DNA of 64,000 nucleotides from Selaginella moellendorffii (Eukaryota > Plantae > Lycopodiophyta), in the NCBI RefSeq assembly GCF_000143415.4, contig NW_003314350.1:248001-312000 (forward strand), in the 5' to 3' direction. The notes beneath the pieces were generated by a model, which had not been told where the DNA came from, searched no databases, and saw only the letters and a program-made list of their open reading frames with translations. Numbering within the stretch: position 1 is the first letter of the stretch; the number at the start of each line of letters is the position of its first letter. A program made the translations under genes and the position numbers. Of this stretch, positions 51,238-62,938 are shown piece by piece.

Positions 51238-52323
51238 CTATAAAAGAATCTTGGCAAGGACAAGGAGGACAAGCAAATGCCAACAAGAAAACGTGGCCTT
51301 CCACGAGCTCGAACTCTGGACGTTTGAGTCCGTACCGGCGGTCGAGCCCGGCACGAAGTTTGGATTGGCTCCGTACAGCGCCTGTGCGCCGTCGATATCG
51401 TCCTGTCCAAACGCTGTCTTGATCTGCCGAGGAGCGATGCTGGGAAACATGATCGCCGCGGAATCGCCCGAGTGGCCCAGCCCGATCAGGTGTCCAATCT
51501 CGTGGGTCACCACGGATTCCAGATCGATCGCGGCCAGCGACGTCGCGGATCGAACATTGACGCTCCAGGACTCGGAGGAGTCGAGGTGGAATCGCCCATC
51601 CTCGGGCGCGAATGCGTGAGCTAGAACGCCCATTTGCCCATCGAATGGATGCCGGTCGCCGTGATCGAAGCCCGCGAAGGCGATGACGATGTCCGCGGAG
51701 GAGATCGACGAGGTCTCTGTGAATGTGAGAGGGACGATGTTCGCCCAGCGCTGGAATCCCCTGCTAAAGGCCGTCCGGAGAGAAGTGAGGGGGATTCCAG
51801 AGGCCAGCGACGTCGTGGATTGATCGAATGCGTATGTGAGCGATCGCTTGGAGACCCATCTGGGCGTTCCTGGGAAGAAGGAGTAGTGCTTGACGAAATG
51901 GGAAGTGCCGGGATGGGTGAGATTCTGGAGCATTTGCGAGACGCCGCTGGGATCCACGTCGATTCCACCGCATCTGGGCGTGACGAGCTGGGCGATTGTG
52001 GCGGAATCGAGGTTCCCGGTGACCGGGAGGCGGAAATTCTGCTGGTAGAGCCTCACGGCGGCCTCTAGCGCGTCATCGAAGGAGAGATCGGCAGTGAGAG
52101 TGGAGTTGCCGAGGTAGCCGAAATCCACGAAGTAAGATTTGAGCTTCTGGATCGCGGGCTTGGAATCGCCCTTGTGTGCGTCGACGAGCGAGAGGAGATC
52201 CGCCCACGCCCCGGCAAGATTGCTGGTGGGCAGATCGGCTAGAATAGCGGTGTCGAGCCCCGAGGAGAAGCCCACGATGATTGCGAAGTGGAAGAATGCG
52301 AGGAAAAACAGTCGATTTGCCAT
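51238..52323 (-). CDS. Matrix metalloproteinase (matrixin, M10A), probably GPI/membrane anchored
   Basis: Signal peptide, PRCG cysteine switch, HEIGHLIGLGH zinc motif, AIMFP Met-turn and hydrophobic C-terminus; intronless. Confidence 0.95.
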   Translation of the reverse strand: MANRLFFLAFFHFAIIVGFSSGLDTAILADLPTSNLAGAWADLLSLVDAHKGDSKPAIQKLKSYFVDFGYLGNSTLTADLSFDDALEAAVRLYQQNFRLPVTGNLDSATIAQLVTPRCGGIDVDPSGVSQMLQNLTHPGTSHFVKHYSFFPGTPRWVSKRSLTYAFDQSTTSLASGIPLTSLRTAFSRGFQRWANIVPLTFTETSSISSADIVIAFAGFDHGDRHPFDGQMGVLAHAFAPEDGRFHLDSSESWSVNVRSATSLAAIDLESVVTHEIGHLIGLGHSGDSAAIMFPSIAPRQIKTAFGQDDIDGAQALYGANPNFVPGSTAGTDSNVQSSSSWKATFSCWHLLVLLVLAKILL

Positions 52324-52996
52324 GGTTCTTCTTCTTTCCAGGAAGATTAGGGATTGAGAGATTTAAGCAGTGCCCGGGGGGTCAGACTTTGCCTCGCGTC
52401 GTGTCTAGTGTCCGGCATTGACAAGATCAAGGAGTTAGAAGCGCGTGAAACCAAGACCTTGTCAATGCCCCTGTATAAGCCCTAAACTACAGAATATACT
52501 TAAAACCCTTACGTGTGATGGAATGCGAATTGTTGATTGTGACTAACTTAGTAAAAGGCTTTTTGCCAAGCACTTTAATAGTTGCCAAGCACTTAATAGT
52601 TGCTGGATATTTTTCCGGAGGGGAGTTTTCATTTGCATCCATTGCATTGTGGTCTCATGCCTCGGCAAATGTGAAAACTTCTTGCAAGGATGTGAGGAAT
52701 GATCACAAATCCCGAGCACATAGTTTATGTCGTATTGTTTAATGTCGTTTACTTTGTAGCGTGAGGACATGTCATTCTTGTCTCAACTTCAAAGAAATGG
52801 GAAGCTAATTAGATATACTAGCTGCAGCTCAGCAGTTGGCCAAATGGCAGATATTTGCACTGAGACTCACTAATCCACATCATATAACATGTGTCAGAAA
52901 TTGCAGGATGGTAAAAACTGTGAACTCTGTGTGTCAAACAAGGTTGCACACAATGTGTCAGCAGGACAACAAAACTGCTGTGGGACTAAACAACAT

Positions 52997-53061
52997 AGCA
53001 TTTCCAAATTGAACTCGGGTCTGTTTTGTGGCAGGGAGCTATTCCACTAGACTAGCAGTGC
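52997..53061 (-). pseudogene. tRNA-Gly(GCC) pseudogene / tRNA-derived relic
   Basis: The reverse complement gcactgctagtctagtggaatagctccctGCCacaaaacagacccgagttcaatt aligns to the plant tRNA-Gly(GCC) pattern but has broken stems. Confidence 0.75.
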
Positions 53062-54299
53062 TTTATATGTTAATCAACTAGAATACGCTCGAATATACCT
53101 GTATGTAGTCATTCTTGGATGTCAAGAATTCACTGAAAGGGTGCAAACATATATATATCTAACACATTCATATATATCTTGATTGACTCATACATGTCCA
53201 AAGCTTCGTCGATAGTCAATATAAGAACAGTGCAGCTCACATCTCAAGCAACATCCAGTCCTGGAGACAAAAAAGAAGATCCAGCTTATATGGTCAGACT
53301 CTTGAACTACAGTCCTCACACAAATCAGAGTCTGGATCTCGAAATGGTTTCTTCTCGGAGCAAGCTTGCAATGACACTGCCTCAAGGGGAATAGTTAAAG
53401 TTTTTGCTAACAATCTTCCATGACTTCTTGATTTGTCCACCGTTTTGGAAATCATTTCTGGGTAGCTCTTCTTGGAGTAAGTCTTGCTACAGACATAGAC
53501 TCTACATTTCTGGAAGCCAAATACAAGGTTCGTTATGCTATCCATCAAGTGGACACATAAGATTTTCATATTTTAATTCAGTGTTAAGTGCCATGTAAAT
53601 TTAGATTGGAAACAAATATACAAATCCAATGGAAGTTTTGGTTCATAAGTTTTAAGAATTAATTTTTAATATAGCAAATAAAACATGATTATATGCATTA
53701 TAATATTGGCAAGACATTTGATGCCACGTGTTATTGTTATTTATTGTCACTACCTCCCATGCAAGTATGTGAACTAATTTTTTTAACAATCCAATGTACA
53801 AAACATGCAAAGCACGAAACAAGCCTGATCAGGTGATGCCATCCACCCTCATGAGCCTCCCCAAACTTCCCAAGAACATAGTAGAGAATCCCTATGTTAC
53901 TATGTTGCTTTCAGATGCTATGTTGATTGTTCAATCGTGTCAAACATGCTACTCAACAGCTAGAGCCCAGCACGTCATACAATGCTTCAATCTGCTGATA
54001 ATCTCATCGAAGGCCTGCCTCCTACTACTGCTGCAATTCTACTCCCTCCTCATTCTTGTGCACTCCACAATGTCAGGAGCCCTAATCAAGCAGCAATAGT
54101 ATTGCCAAATTAGTCGACAGCAGCCAGCAAGTGGACACTTGCCTGATTGAATTGCTGCTTGATTTCTCGTAGAGCACGTAGGCCAGCAAGAGTTCCCTTT
54201 AGGGCCAGCAAGATTTCTTCTCACTTACTCACTGACTTGGATTTTGCATGAGCTGGTGCATTATGAATTCTTACCTGATGAGGATGTGTATAAAATAAT

Positions 54300-55680
54300 G
54301 CAAATGTGGCAAGCATGCCCATGGCTTGAAAAAAACAGTCGCGTTTAAAGATATGTGTTTAAGCAATTTAAACTCAGGTCAAAACATGTTATCACATTTT
54401 ATGCCATTTTATATGCATTGCATATATATTACATAATAAAAATTTAGCCACAAAAATCATTTCACACTATACAGCACTATGTACTAGTGGCTACATTTTA
54501 TGAATATGTATAAGTATTAAAGAATAAGGAGAAATATAATATGTTCTGATTAAGTTTTATAAAATTTGGAGAAGGTATACCTCCCAAAAGGAGAGATGCA
54601 TCTAGGGTGAGTCGCAAAGTAGAGCAATTGTTAAACAAAATGGTTTTAAGTGGTTGTAAAGAGACTTAGAACAAAATCTTTTTTGGGAAGTGGTTGCTAC
54701 TTTAATTTATAAAATGTTAATAAACTCTCAGAATGTTAAAAGTTATATTATATACTTAGAAAAAATTATGATTTTTTGAAAATTTATAGTATGGAAATCC
54801 AAAATTTGGATAGTTAAAAAAAAAAATGTATATAATACTCAATGTTAAAAAAAATTGTAAATAATAGTTGAGCTCTAATCATATTTCTTACAAATTATTA
54901 TTTCTAATATAATTAAAAAATAAATAATATGATAAAATTTTCTAAGTAATAAATAAATTATTTATACAGAAAATAAATTATGATGCTGATTTTTGCATAA
55001 GTGATGATATTGTGTCATTTACAAGTTTGATAATTACTTAATTAAAATATTAAATTAAATAAACTACAAAATACATGTATTATATTAATATTACACTTTA
55101 TAGTGTAAATATGTTTCATTTGAGTGTACATATGTTTTTTAATGTTGTTATAAATTTTGAAATATTAATTCTCTTCCACCAAAAAATAAATAAAAAATAA
55201 TTTCATTATATTAAATTCTTAAATTTAATGTGTTATAAATATTAATTAGTTTATACTAGAATTTTAACAAAATATTATATTATAAATTATTTATTCTTTA
55301 AAAGAAGGTATTTATGAAATGTTATGTGGGAATTTCCTTCAATAAAATTTAGGTTATTATCCAATATTAGTAAAGAAGTGAAGAAAGTAAAAATCAAATA
55401 AAACTTATGAATTTAGTTAATATTTAATTTGAAATTTAAACTTTAAAATCAATAAACAAGCTATTAACTTAATGAGAATTACTGTGAGTGTCTTCCTTTA
55501 AACTAGACCTATTTTTATTATTTTATATATAATACATTAAAAATATTTGTAAGATTTAGAATTTTAAAATTAAAGTTAAAATTAAAATAAAAAATGTATT
55601 TTATACATAATAAAAAAGGAATTTAGCTAAAAAATATTGAGGAAAAATATTACATAATCAAATAGATTTTTCAGCCAAAG
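54300..55680. other. Extremely AT-rich non-coding tract
   Basis: Direct reading; no ORFs. Confidence 0.7.
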
Positions 55681-56134
55681 ATAAAAGAATATATTTCTTT
55701 TATAATGAGTTATGGAAGTGATGATGGTGATTTTGTGTGGTGGGAACCTGACTATTAAGACCATCACAGATGGTGGTGCTCCCTTAGGTTTTGGGGGAAT
55801 GCTTCCTGTGCCAATTGAAATAGGTGCAACTTCAAATGTCCACATTAAAACAGATTCGAACAGATTCTTTTGTTTCCATCAAAGATTATTAACAACAGGT
55901 TTTATTCATTTCAGATGCTGAGCGAGCAGTTGTACCCACTGGTGGACATAGAACATGACCACGCATGGCCAACGTGATTGGCATGCTTTCCAAACAGAGG
56001 TTTTACATCTGATCGAGTGACCCGAGGCTCTGAAGACCATGGCCATGGAAGTGTTGAGGAAGGCCAAACTTTTTCAATGAGGCCTTTGCTAGCTTTAGTT
56101 GAAGGATTCTATTGTTTAATTCGTCCATGTTCTG

Positions 56135-57220
56135 CTAGCCATAGTGAAGCTTTGCAACTTTGAGAAGATACTCCAACAGGATGGCAGGCTTGCTGAAGAA
56201 TGGGCTGTGATCGGAATGAACATGAAAAACCCATTCCGGTGGATTGTACTCGATCATCAAATGGTGAAATCAGCTTGTCTTGTGTTGTCTTCACGAAGTA
56301 CCTCGGAATTGATACATACTTCTCCTGTGAGAGCTCAGCAACTGTGGTGCTTGAAAAGTGGGCGAGGTTTCAACAGCAACTTTGCTAAAACTACATCTTT
56401 GGATGGAGAAAGGTGGTAGAGCACGTCTTCTACTACGTAGAGCTTGAATGCCACAGCAACAGGGGTCTTTGATCCATTGTTGTAGTACACTTTGCTGTTC
56501 TGTACTGCCATGTTGTTAGTAATAACCTGTAAGTTGACAGCAATTGAACACTTATAAGCATTCCACTTTGCTGCTCCTCTTGATGTATTTGTAGAACAGC
56601 TTTGGCAAAAAAGAAGAGAAATGAAATCAAGCAAGAGTTTTATATGAATTTAACAATATCAAAACAATATACCTGGTTGTAAACAAAAGTTCCGTTGGAG
56701 CTTCTTTGAAACATATTTGCAGCCACAAACATAGCAGCTGCAATTTGGTGAGGGTCCTTTCCATCACATAGGTGAGACTGTCACCTCCGAGACTGTGACC
56801 AACCAAGATGATCTGCAGTAACAGCAAGTACTTGTTTTGGGTGAAGACCAGCAATAAAACATAAATATCAGGTTTGCGATGTCAGTTACCTTGTGGCCAC
56901 GCGGCACCGATCGGAGCAGCTGGAGTAGCGGGCCGAAGTATTACTCCAGGCTGGTCACAGACCGGGGATCAACTCCGTTGATCCCCGCTGGTCAAGTCAA
57001 CGGCGCTGACCATGTGGCCTCGCTTCTGTAGTTGATCGTACCAGCACCAAGCGCCGTGGCCTGCTCTATGAACAAGAACAAAATGGAAACTGGCATTCTG
57101 CTGCTGACTTGCTGTTTGGATTGTTGAAGCTGTGGAAGTACCAATTAGAATGCCGCAGTTGCAGAAGAATGATCCGAACAATCCAAAGAGTAGCAGCAGC
57201 AACACTGTAGCCTGATGCAT
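56135..57220 (-). pseudogene. Methylesterase (MES/SABP2-like alpha/beta hydrolase) pseudogene with signal peptide
   Basis: [24 protein letters not shown] nucleophile motif, YFVKTTQD and SDHSPFFSKP; frameshifts and an in-frame stop in exon 1. Confidence 0.85.
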
Positions 57221-57440
57221 CTCCTTAGTGCACTCAACAAGATTCTCACCAAATTGGAAAAACTAAGCAAGCTGCTGCTTACCCTTGAATCAAAGGGCAA
57301 GCATATATTTTATAAAAGAGGAATATATTTAAAATATCCTCAGATATTTTAGGATATTTTACCATTTAAAGGTTGTTATTCATTTAAATTAATCTTGTAT
57401 TTATAATGTATAAACATGTTTATAATTTCACCATTTCAAC

Positions 57441-57857
57441 ATGGCTGCAATTGTGTTGATGATTGTGTTTCTCGTATTGGCTGCAACATGGAAGATGGTG
57501 TGTATCCGCAAGAGAGAAGAGAGGGCACAATTTCTAGTGTTGCTCCACCTTAGGTACATGTACTCGGTGGAATTCCCCTTCCTCTTGCAAAAGGCACTCG
57601 AGGTTGGCACAATCCACATGCTCAGCATCCCAGGGATCACAAATCTGCTCTTCAAGACCAAGTACAGCCTCAAGGATCCACAGAAGCGTGCCGCTGAGAC
57701 CAACATTCTGGTGAGCGAGATGATCCACCACCACGTTGACAGGGATCACGGCTCATATGTGGTGAGGAGATTGAGTGGAATCCACAAAAAATTCAAGATC
57801 CCAAACAACCAATTTGAATATGTGTCTAACGCGAACCCTCATAATTCGGTGTGCGCT
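57441..57857 (+). pseudogene. Fifth, diverged and truncated MpaB-like oxygenase copy
   Basis: Homologous to roughly residues 1-135 of the 347-aa protein, with an in-frame deletion and many substitutions. It loses homology just before the gap. Confidence 0.85.
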
Positions 57858-57957
57858 NNNNNNNNNNNNNNNNNNNNNNNNNNNNNNNNNNNNNNNNNNN
57901 NNNNNNNNNNNNNNNNNNNNNNNNNNNNNNNNNNNNNNNNNNNNNNNNNNNNNNNNN
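57858..57957. other. Assembly gap (100 N)
   Basis: Run of N. Confidence 1.
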
Positions 57958-58336
57958 ACTTGATTGGAGATGTATTCTACTCCTCTATGGGTTGAGGAAA
58001 CAGAGGCTGAAGAAAAGTCTTTTATACTATCAGAGCTATCAGAGATATTTTCGTTTCACGTTTTTTATTTCTGTGTGATCCGTATTCTGTACCTTACACA
58101 CGTAGCCACATACTTGGAGATATACGTTGTCCATACAGTCATCTGGTCTATGCAATTTATTGGTTTGACGTTTAGAAGGTTCCTTTGGTATTTCCAGTGT
58201 ACTTTGAAATTATGCTAGATTAAACTGTATACTAGTTTAAGAGAAACAAACAAAAAACTTTGGTAAATAACGAATATACTAATCGAAATATAGTTTATCT
58301 CTGGTTTCTACTGCATCTTTTGTGAAATCTGTAATT
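57958..58336. repeat. Rearranged oxygenase promoter pieces (57958-~58170 inverted; ~58200-58336 direct)
   Basis: Reverse complement of ~1975-2198, followed by a forward copy of ~1795-1922. Confidence 0.8.
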
Positions 58337-59574
58337 GCCTCTAGAATTTAGAACATCAAGATCTTAGCCATATACACTTTTGTGAAATTTTTCTCTAGAA
58401 GCTTTCTCACCTTTAGAGCATATGCATACTAATTTCACCCTTCATACTTGTCAAAGTATGCGTGCAAAACACGCTGTACTTGGCCTCATATAGCTTCCAT
58501 ATCCTTTTTTGTAGGCCCTCTGAAGTCTTGTATATTATCATCTAGCACCAATTGGCCACCAACAAACTGGTCATACACAAAGTACAGCTAAGGGAAAAGC
58601 AAGCTTGTTCTTCTGAAAAACCTATGTACTCCGAGTTGAGGCAAACATTCACACACTTGCAACACTCTAAATTTGAAAAATATATCTTGACATACTCACC
58701 TCAGCGTATATCTAGCCATGCTGGGGAGAGATTGTGATAACTGTGACACCAAAGTAGAAAGCACAGTGTTTCTAAGACATCAGGATTAGAATTCTCCTTA
58801 TATGGATATCCACCAAGAGGATTGACCAATTAGATTGGTTTGTGTTTAGGTTTCATTCACAAGTGTTTAGCTTACCTTTGTCTTGACACTCACAGGTCCA
58901 GGGGATCCATCCATGCCTGCTGCCATATACATGGAACCTGCATCATAGGTAGTGCCCAACACCACACTCATTACATCAAGTGTGGCCACCATCAAAATTG
59001 GTGTTTTCGGGCACAACACTATCTCCTGGATCACCATGCTCGAGGCATGCATGCAAAATAGTTCTCCCATGGCTCTATCTCCAGAAAAACAGTGGAGAGC
59101 AAAGTAGTCCCACTTAATGGAATCCAAGGGGCTTGAGAGATTGGCAATATAAGTATTGAGAGCCATGGTCACTAAGTTATGTGCTCAATTGTCCAGAAGG
59201 TCCCCAAGTATCAAAGCTTATGGACCAGGAATTTCCAAAAATCCTGGTGGCAATCTCTTCAAGGTATTGATGGAGCCAGAATGCTCAGTGCTGTTGGCAT
59301 TCCTGGTTCTTAAAGTCCACAAGCTTTAGGTAGGTTAAGTTCCTTACAGCCAGAACTATATAGGATATCCTATTTGGTCAAATAGTATGGCACGTAGGTT
59401 TACTAATAGGATGCCATACGTAGGGGTGCATTTCCTTCCTCCCACCAGCCAATGGACAACCACGTCATTGGGCCTGAGAGCACCTGAGAGCACCTGCTCC
59501 CTATATATTGTGATGATAATGGTGATGAGTGGTGATACTGCTAAAGTCAACAACGAAATATGTAAATACTGAAT

Positions 59575-61845
59575 TTATTTCCAGACTAATGGAAGCATGC
59601 GCTTCACAATATCCTTCTCCGTGCCAGTCATCTGCAGAACATGACCACTGGTGTTGAGCTTCAGCACATCCCGCATTGCGTCCACAACAGAATCCTCTAA
59701 AAGAAACGGGAACAGCTGACGAGACAGCCCGTAAATAACTATAGTCCGCCGAGCAGAACCTTCAACTCTCACGCGATTGTCAGGCGAGCCGAGCTGGAAA
59801 ATGAGACTAAGCATGAACCCCATGCCATCAACACCAGCCTCGAGCTTCTCAACCGCTTCTGCTATGCCAGTCTTTCTGTCAGCTTCCCATTGTTTTGCCC
59901 GGATCCCAATCGCACCTTTGCTGCTTGGCAGAACGTTGTCAACGGCCTTTTGTCCGGGCTTGCACGTTAATGCTCGATAGTGTTGGGAGCACTCATTGAT
60001 CAGGAGGGTATCCAAGCTTCCGTAAGTTGGTGAGAAGCTATTAAACTGGAGCTCAGCGTCCAAGTGAACTGTGCTTGCTAGACCGTCTGGAACCATTCCC
60101 AGCAGTGTAGTCAAGAACTCTCGGAGTGTTATCTTCTTTGTGTACATCACGTCCGTCTTGCGTTTGAGACACGTGAGCATGGCTAGCAGCACTAGTAACC
60201 TGGTAACCATCTTCCCCGGTGGACCACCAGTTACCACGCCTTCCTTGCACATCTTGGAGACGGACACAAGAATCTTGCGGAGCTTGTCCTTGTCAAGCAA
60301 GACTGGTGCTGCGGCTGATGCAAGAACCGGTTCAGCAGCATTAGAGACGTGAATTCGCTGTCTGTCGTCGGAAATCCAGGATGCCGTCATCATATGATAG
60401 GCCATGCCGAGCTCCACCACCTTGGACCATGATGCAAGCTCCACTCCAATAGTGCACCCGAGAACACCAACCACCATCTCATCTTTCAGTTCCTCCTCCA
60501 GGTTAAGCTTGTCCTTCGCAAGGCTCAGTAACTCTTCAGGACTGCATCCTCGGTCGATAAAAGCGCGCCACAGAGGCCTTCCAAGGCGGAAGACAGATTT
60601 TGCTGCACCAGGCTCAGGAGGCGCCGCTGTCCCTGTTAACCAAAACGGCTTGAACAGCTTAAAGTCTCGAGAGCGCACTTTTCTTGTCGGATCCAAGGCT
60701 TTCGCTGGCGCAAAACTTGACAAGCGCGGATTCGTACCAAGCATTACTGCCCAAATACCAGAAAATGCTGTGCCGAGAACCCGCCTTAAAAGTGTGAATC
60801 CAGTATCCATTTCATCCGCCAACTCAGTATCCGCTAACGTACTAGCCTCGTCAAAGCAAAACAACACCTTCAGACGTTTGCCGTCGGGTCCCGCAACGCC
60901 AAGCACAGGCAACGTTTCGATGGCAGCCTTCAAGGCTCTCTGCACAGTATCGTATGCATGCTTTTCCCCCTTAAGAAATTCTGTGGTCCGACGCTCAAAC
61001 GTTATCGGGCCGGGCTCCTCCTGCGCCTCCATTGCGGAGTCTTCAAGACGCTTCAGACACCTTGGCATTTTGTCACGTATCATGGCTGCTATAGGAAAGC
61101 CATGCTCAGGATGCGTCTGCTTCAAAATCCAGAGACTCGGGTTAGGACCTCCGCCGCCTTCTTCTTTAGAGTTTCCAGTGTCAGACTCCGGAATGCCTTC
61201 CCCAACATACTCTCCGAGAGCCTCAATGCTGGCGATTAGAAACGCAGCCATCTTGAGTGCCGTTGCGTCTCTCGTACAGATCCAGTCGGCCAAATGTGGA
61301 GTTCGGCCGGGCATTCCAGCCGAGTCAACCTTCATGCAGGAGACATAGATGGTGTACAAGCCTTTCCTGTGAAGCTCACACACGAGCCTTGACTTACCCC
61401 AGCCGCTGCCCTGCACCACAGCAAAGTACGGCGCAAGATACCTGGAGCCGGGCGTTATCCAGGTCATGTAATCCTGCTCGATCTTACGCCACAGCTCCTC
61501 CAGTATGTCCATGTCCTGAAGCGGATAGTCGAAGAAAGCTTTCTGTGCTATCCCCATGCCCGGCGCTGCTTCTCTGCGAGCCCCCATGCGGTTGCTAGCT
61601 TTGTTCTCATTCATGCTATCCACCGCAGCCAGAAACTCCTCCCTAGTGCCGAAATTTGCTAGCCGCATTCGCTCACTTCCCTTCTCGTACAGCCAATCCG
61701 CAACTGCTTCTACGTCCCCAGATGCAAAATTAGATCGCACCCATGAAGCGGTAGCGCTCAAGTGCCTGAGGTCGTTCACAGTTGGAGGCCTGAAACTTGC
61801 TGATTCAAAGATCTCCCTCGCCCGTTTCACCATGGCCGCCGACAA
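59575..61845 (-). CDS. Crinkler/RHS (CR)-type P-loop NTPase + restriction-endonuclease-fold protein, 756 aa, intronless
   Basis: YLAPYFAVVQGSGWGKSRL Walker A, LFCFDEA Walker B, GRPLW and AEPVLA motifs, and a degenerate REase motif (GPPGK..RLL; CKPGQKAVDNVLP; IGIRAK). Confidence 0.75.
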   Translation of the reverse strand: MSAAMVKRAREIFESASFRPPTVNDLRHLSATASWVRSNFASGDVEAVADWLYEKGSERMRLANFGTREEFLAAVDSMNENKASNRMGARREAAPGMGIAQKAFFDYPLQDMDILEELWRKIEQDYMTWITPGSRYLAPYFAVVQGSGWGKSRLVCELHRKGLYTIYVSCMKVDSAGMPGRTPHLADWICTRDATALKMAAFLIASIEALGEYVGEGIPESDTGNSKEEGGGGPNPSLWILKQTHPEHGFPIAAMIRDKMPRCLKRLEDSAMEAQEEPGPITFERRTTEFLKGEKHAYDTVQRALKAAIETLPVLGVAGPDGKRLKVLFCFDEASTLADTELADEMDTGFTLLRRVLGTAFSGIWAVMLGTNPRLSSFAPAKALDPTRKVRSRDFKLFKPFWLTGTAAPPEPGAAKSVFRLGRPLWRAFIDRGCSPEELLSLAKDKLNLEEELKDEMVVGVLGCTIGVELASWSKVVELGMAYHMMTASWISDDRQRIHVSNAAEPVLASAAAPVLLDKDKLRKILVSVSKMCKEGVVTGGPPGKMVTRLLVLLAMLTCLKRKTDVMYTKKITLREFLTTLLGMVPDGLASTVHLDAELQFNSFSPTYGSLDTLLINECSQHYRALTCKPGQKAVDNVLPSSKGAIGIRAKQWEADRKTGIAEAVEKLEAGVDGMGFMLSLIFQLGSPDNRVRVEGSARRTIVIYGLSRQLFPFLLEDSVVDAMRDVLKLNTSGHVLQMTGTEKDIVKRMLPLVWK

Positions 61846-62938
61846 CTAACCCTAAACCTGTTTGAAGGTATGTAAACAGTTCCGGGTTCGAAACCGGCTG
61901 TAAAAGTCATGACTCTTGCCAATTCCATTCCCGGAGCGCACTGCCGGTTCTGCACGTTGCGATGCATGAAAAGGAATTTCAGCAATACCACACAAGGTGA
62001 ACTCACTTTTTTGCGCCACACTCAAAGTTTTGGCATCTCTCCTCACATCAGGCCTTAGTATTGGAATAGTTGGTTAATAAAATGGCTTGGGTTTGGTCAA
62101 GATTCCAATAGATGCCAGCTTAGCTTCACTGTTTAATCAAGAAGCTGAGTAAGATGTATACCATTATATATGGATAAAAAAATCTATATTATTATATGCT
62201 ACTTTGTTATTGTTGTAAGCCTATGTTATTTAAACTGTGAAAACAATCAAAGTCATATTTGATCAATATGGCATCTAGGGTGTGATGTGGAGATGCACAA
62301 ATATTCCCTCAGAATCGTGGGAGGAAAAATTACACTAGAGGATAACAGAGATCTAAAAGAAATTAGTGGGAGAGCCAGTTATAAAAAGGAAGGTGATGAT
62401 AGGGAAGGGTTAGACTAAACTTCACCCATTTTAAATTGTTTATAAAGTGATCTTAAAGAGCAATGAGAAGATTGTGAGTGCTAATGAAATTACACTTGGT
62501 ATTTTGTGAGTTTTGAAGTGTTTTAAAGAGCTTTTTTTGTAACTCATGGTTAGCCACTAGTAACAAAATGTCCCTGAGCAATTTCATCAAGTAATCCTTT
62601 GTTATTTCTCTTGCAGTTGGCTATATTCTTACATGGGCATAGCACAATAGAATCTACATAACACTTTTTGGCCACGGGTCTAACAAAGACTATCAAATCG
62701 AAGTGGCCAAAGGATAGCTGTAAACCCAAATAGATTTTGGGAGCTAGGAATAGATTGCCATCTTTTCTTAGCTAGGAAAGTTTTTAGTGAGTAGGGTTTC
62801 TTAAATTTTGGTGTGGGGAGACTGGCAACTAGAAATTGCATGTGCATTTGACTAAGCAGCCAATTGGGTCCTCAGATCTTTGTCTAGATCATAGTTACTC
62901 TTATGAGCAATAATCTTCACTTGAGAAATTGGCTTAGG

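Noticed and set aside
41520-57857. A mycophenolate-like biosynthetic cluster (oxygenase + methyltransferase + hydrolase + acyltransferase)
   Set aside because: The methyltransferase and TBL look like ordinary conserved plant genes, and there is no PKS or prenyltransferase in the window; only the MES-oxygenase pairing has direct support
58340-59560. Decayed minus-strand coding-like sequence with splice-like signals
   Set aside because: No recognisable family and many stops
61875-61960. GGTTCGAAACC B-box-like motif suggesting a tRNA
   Set aside because: No cloverleaf or A-box can be built around it
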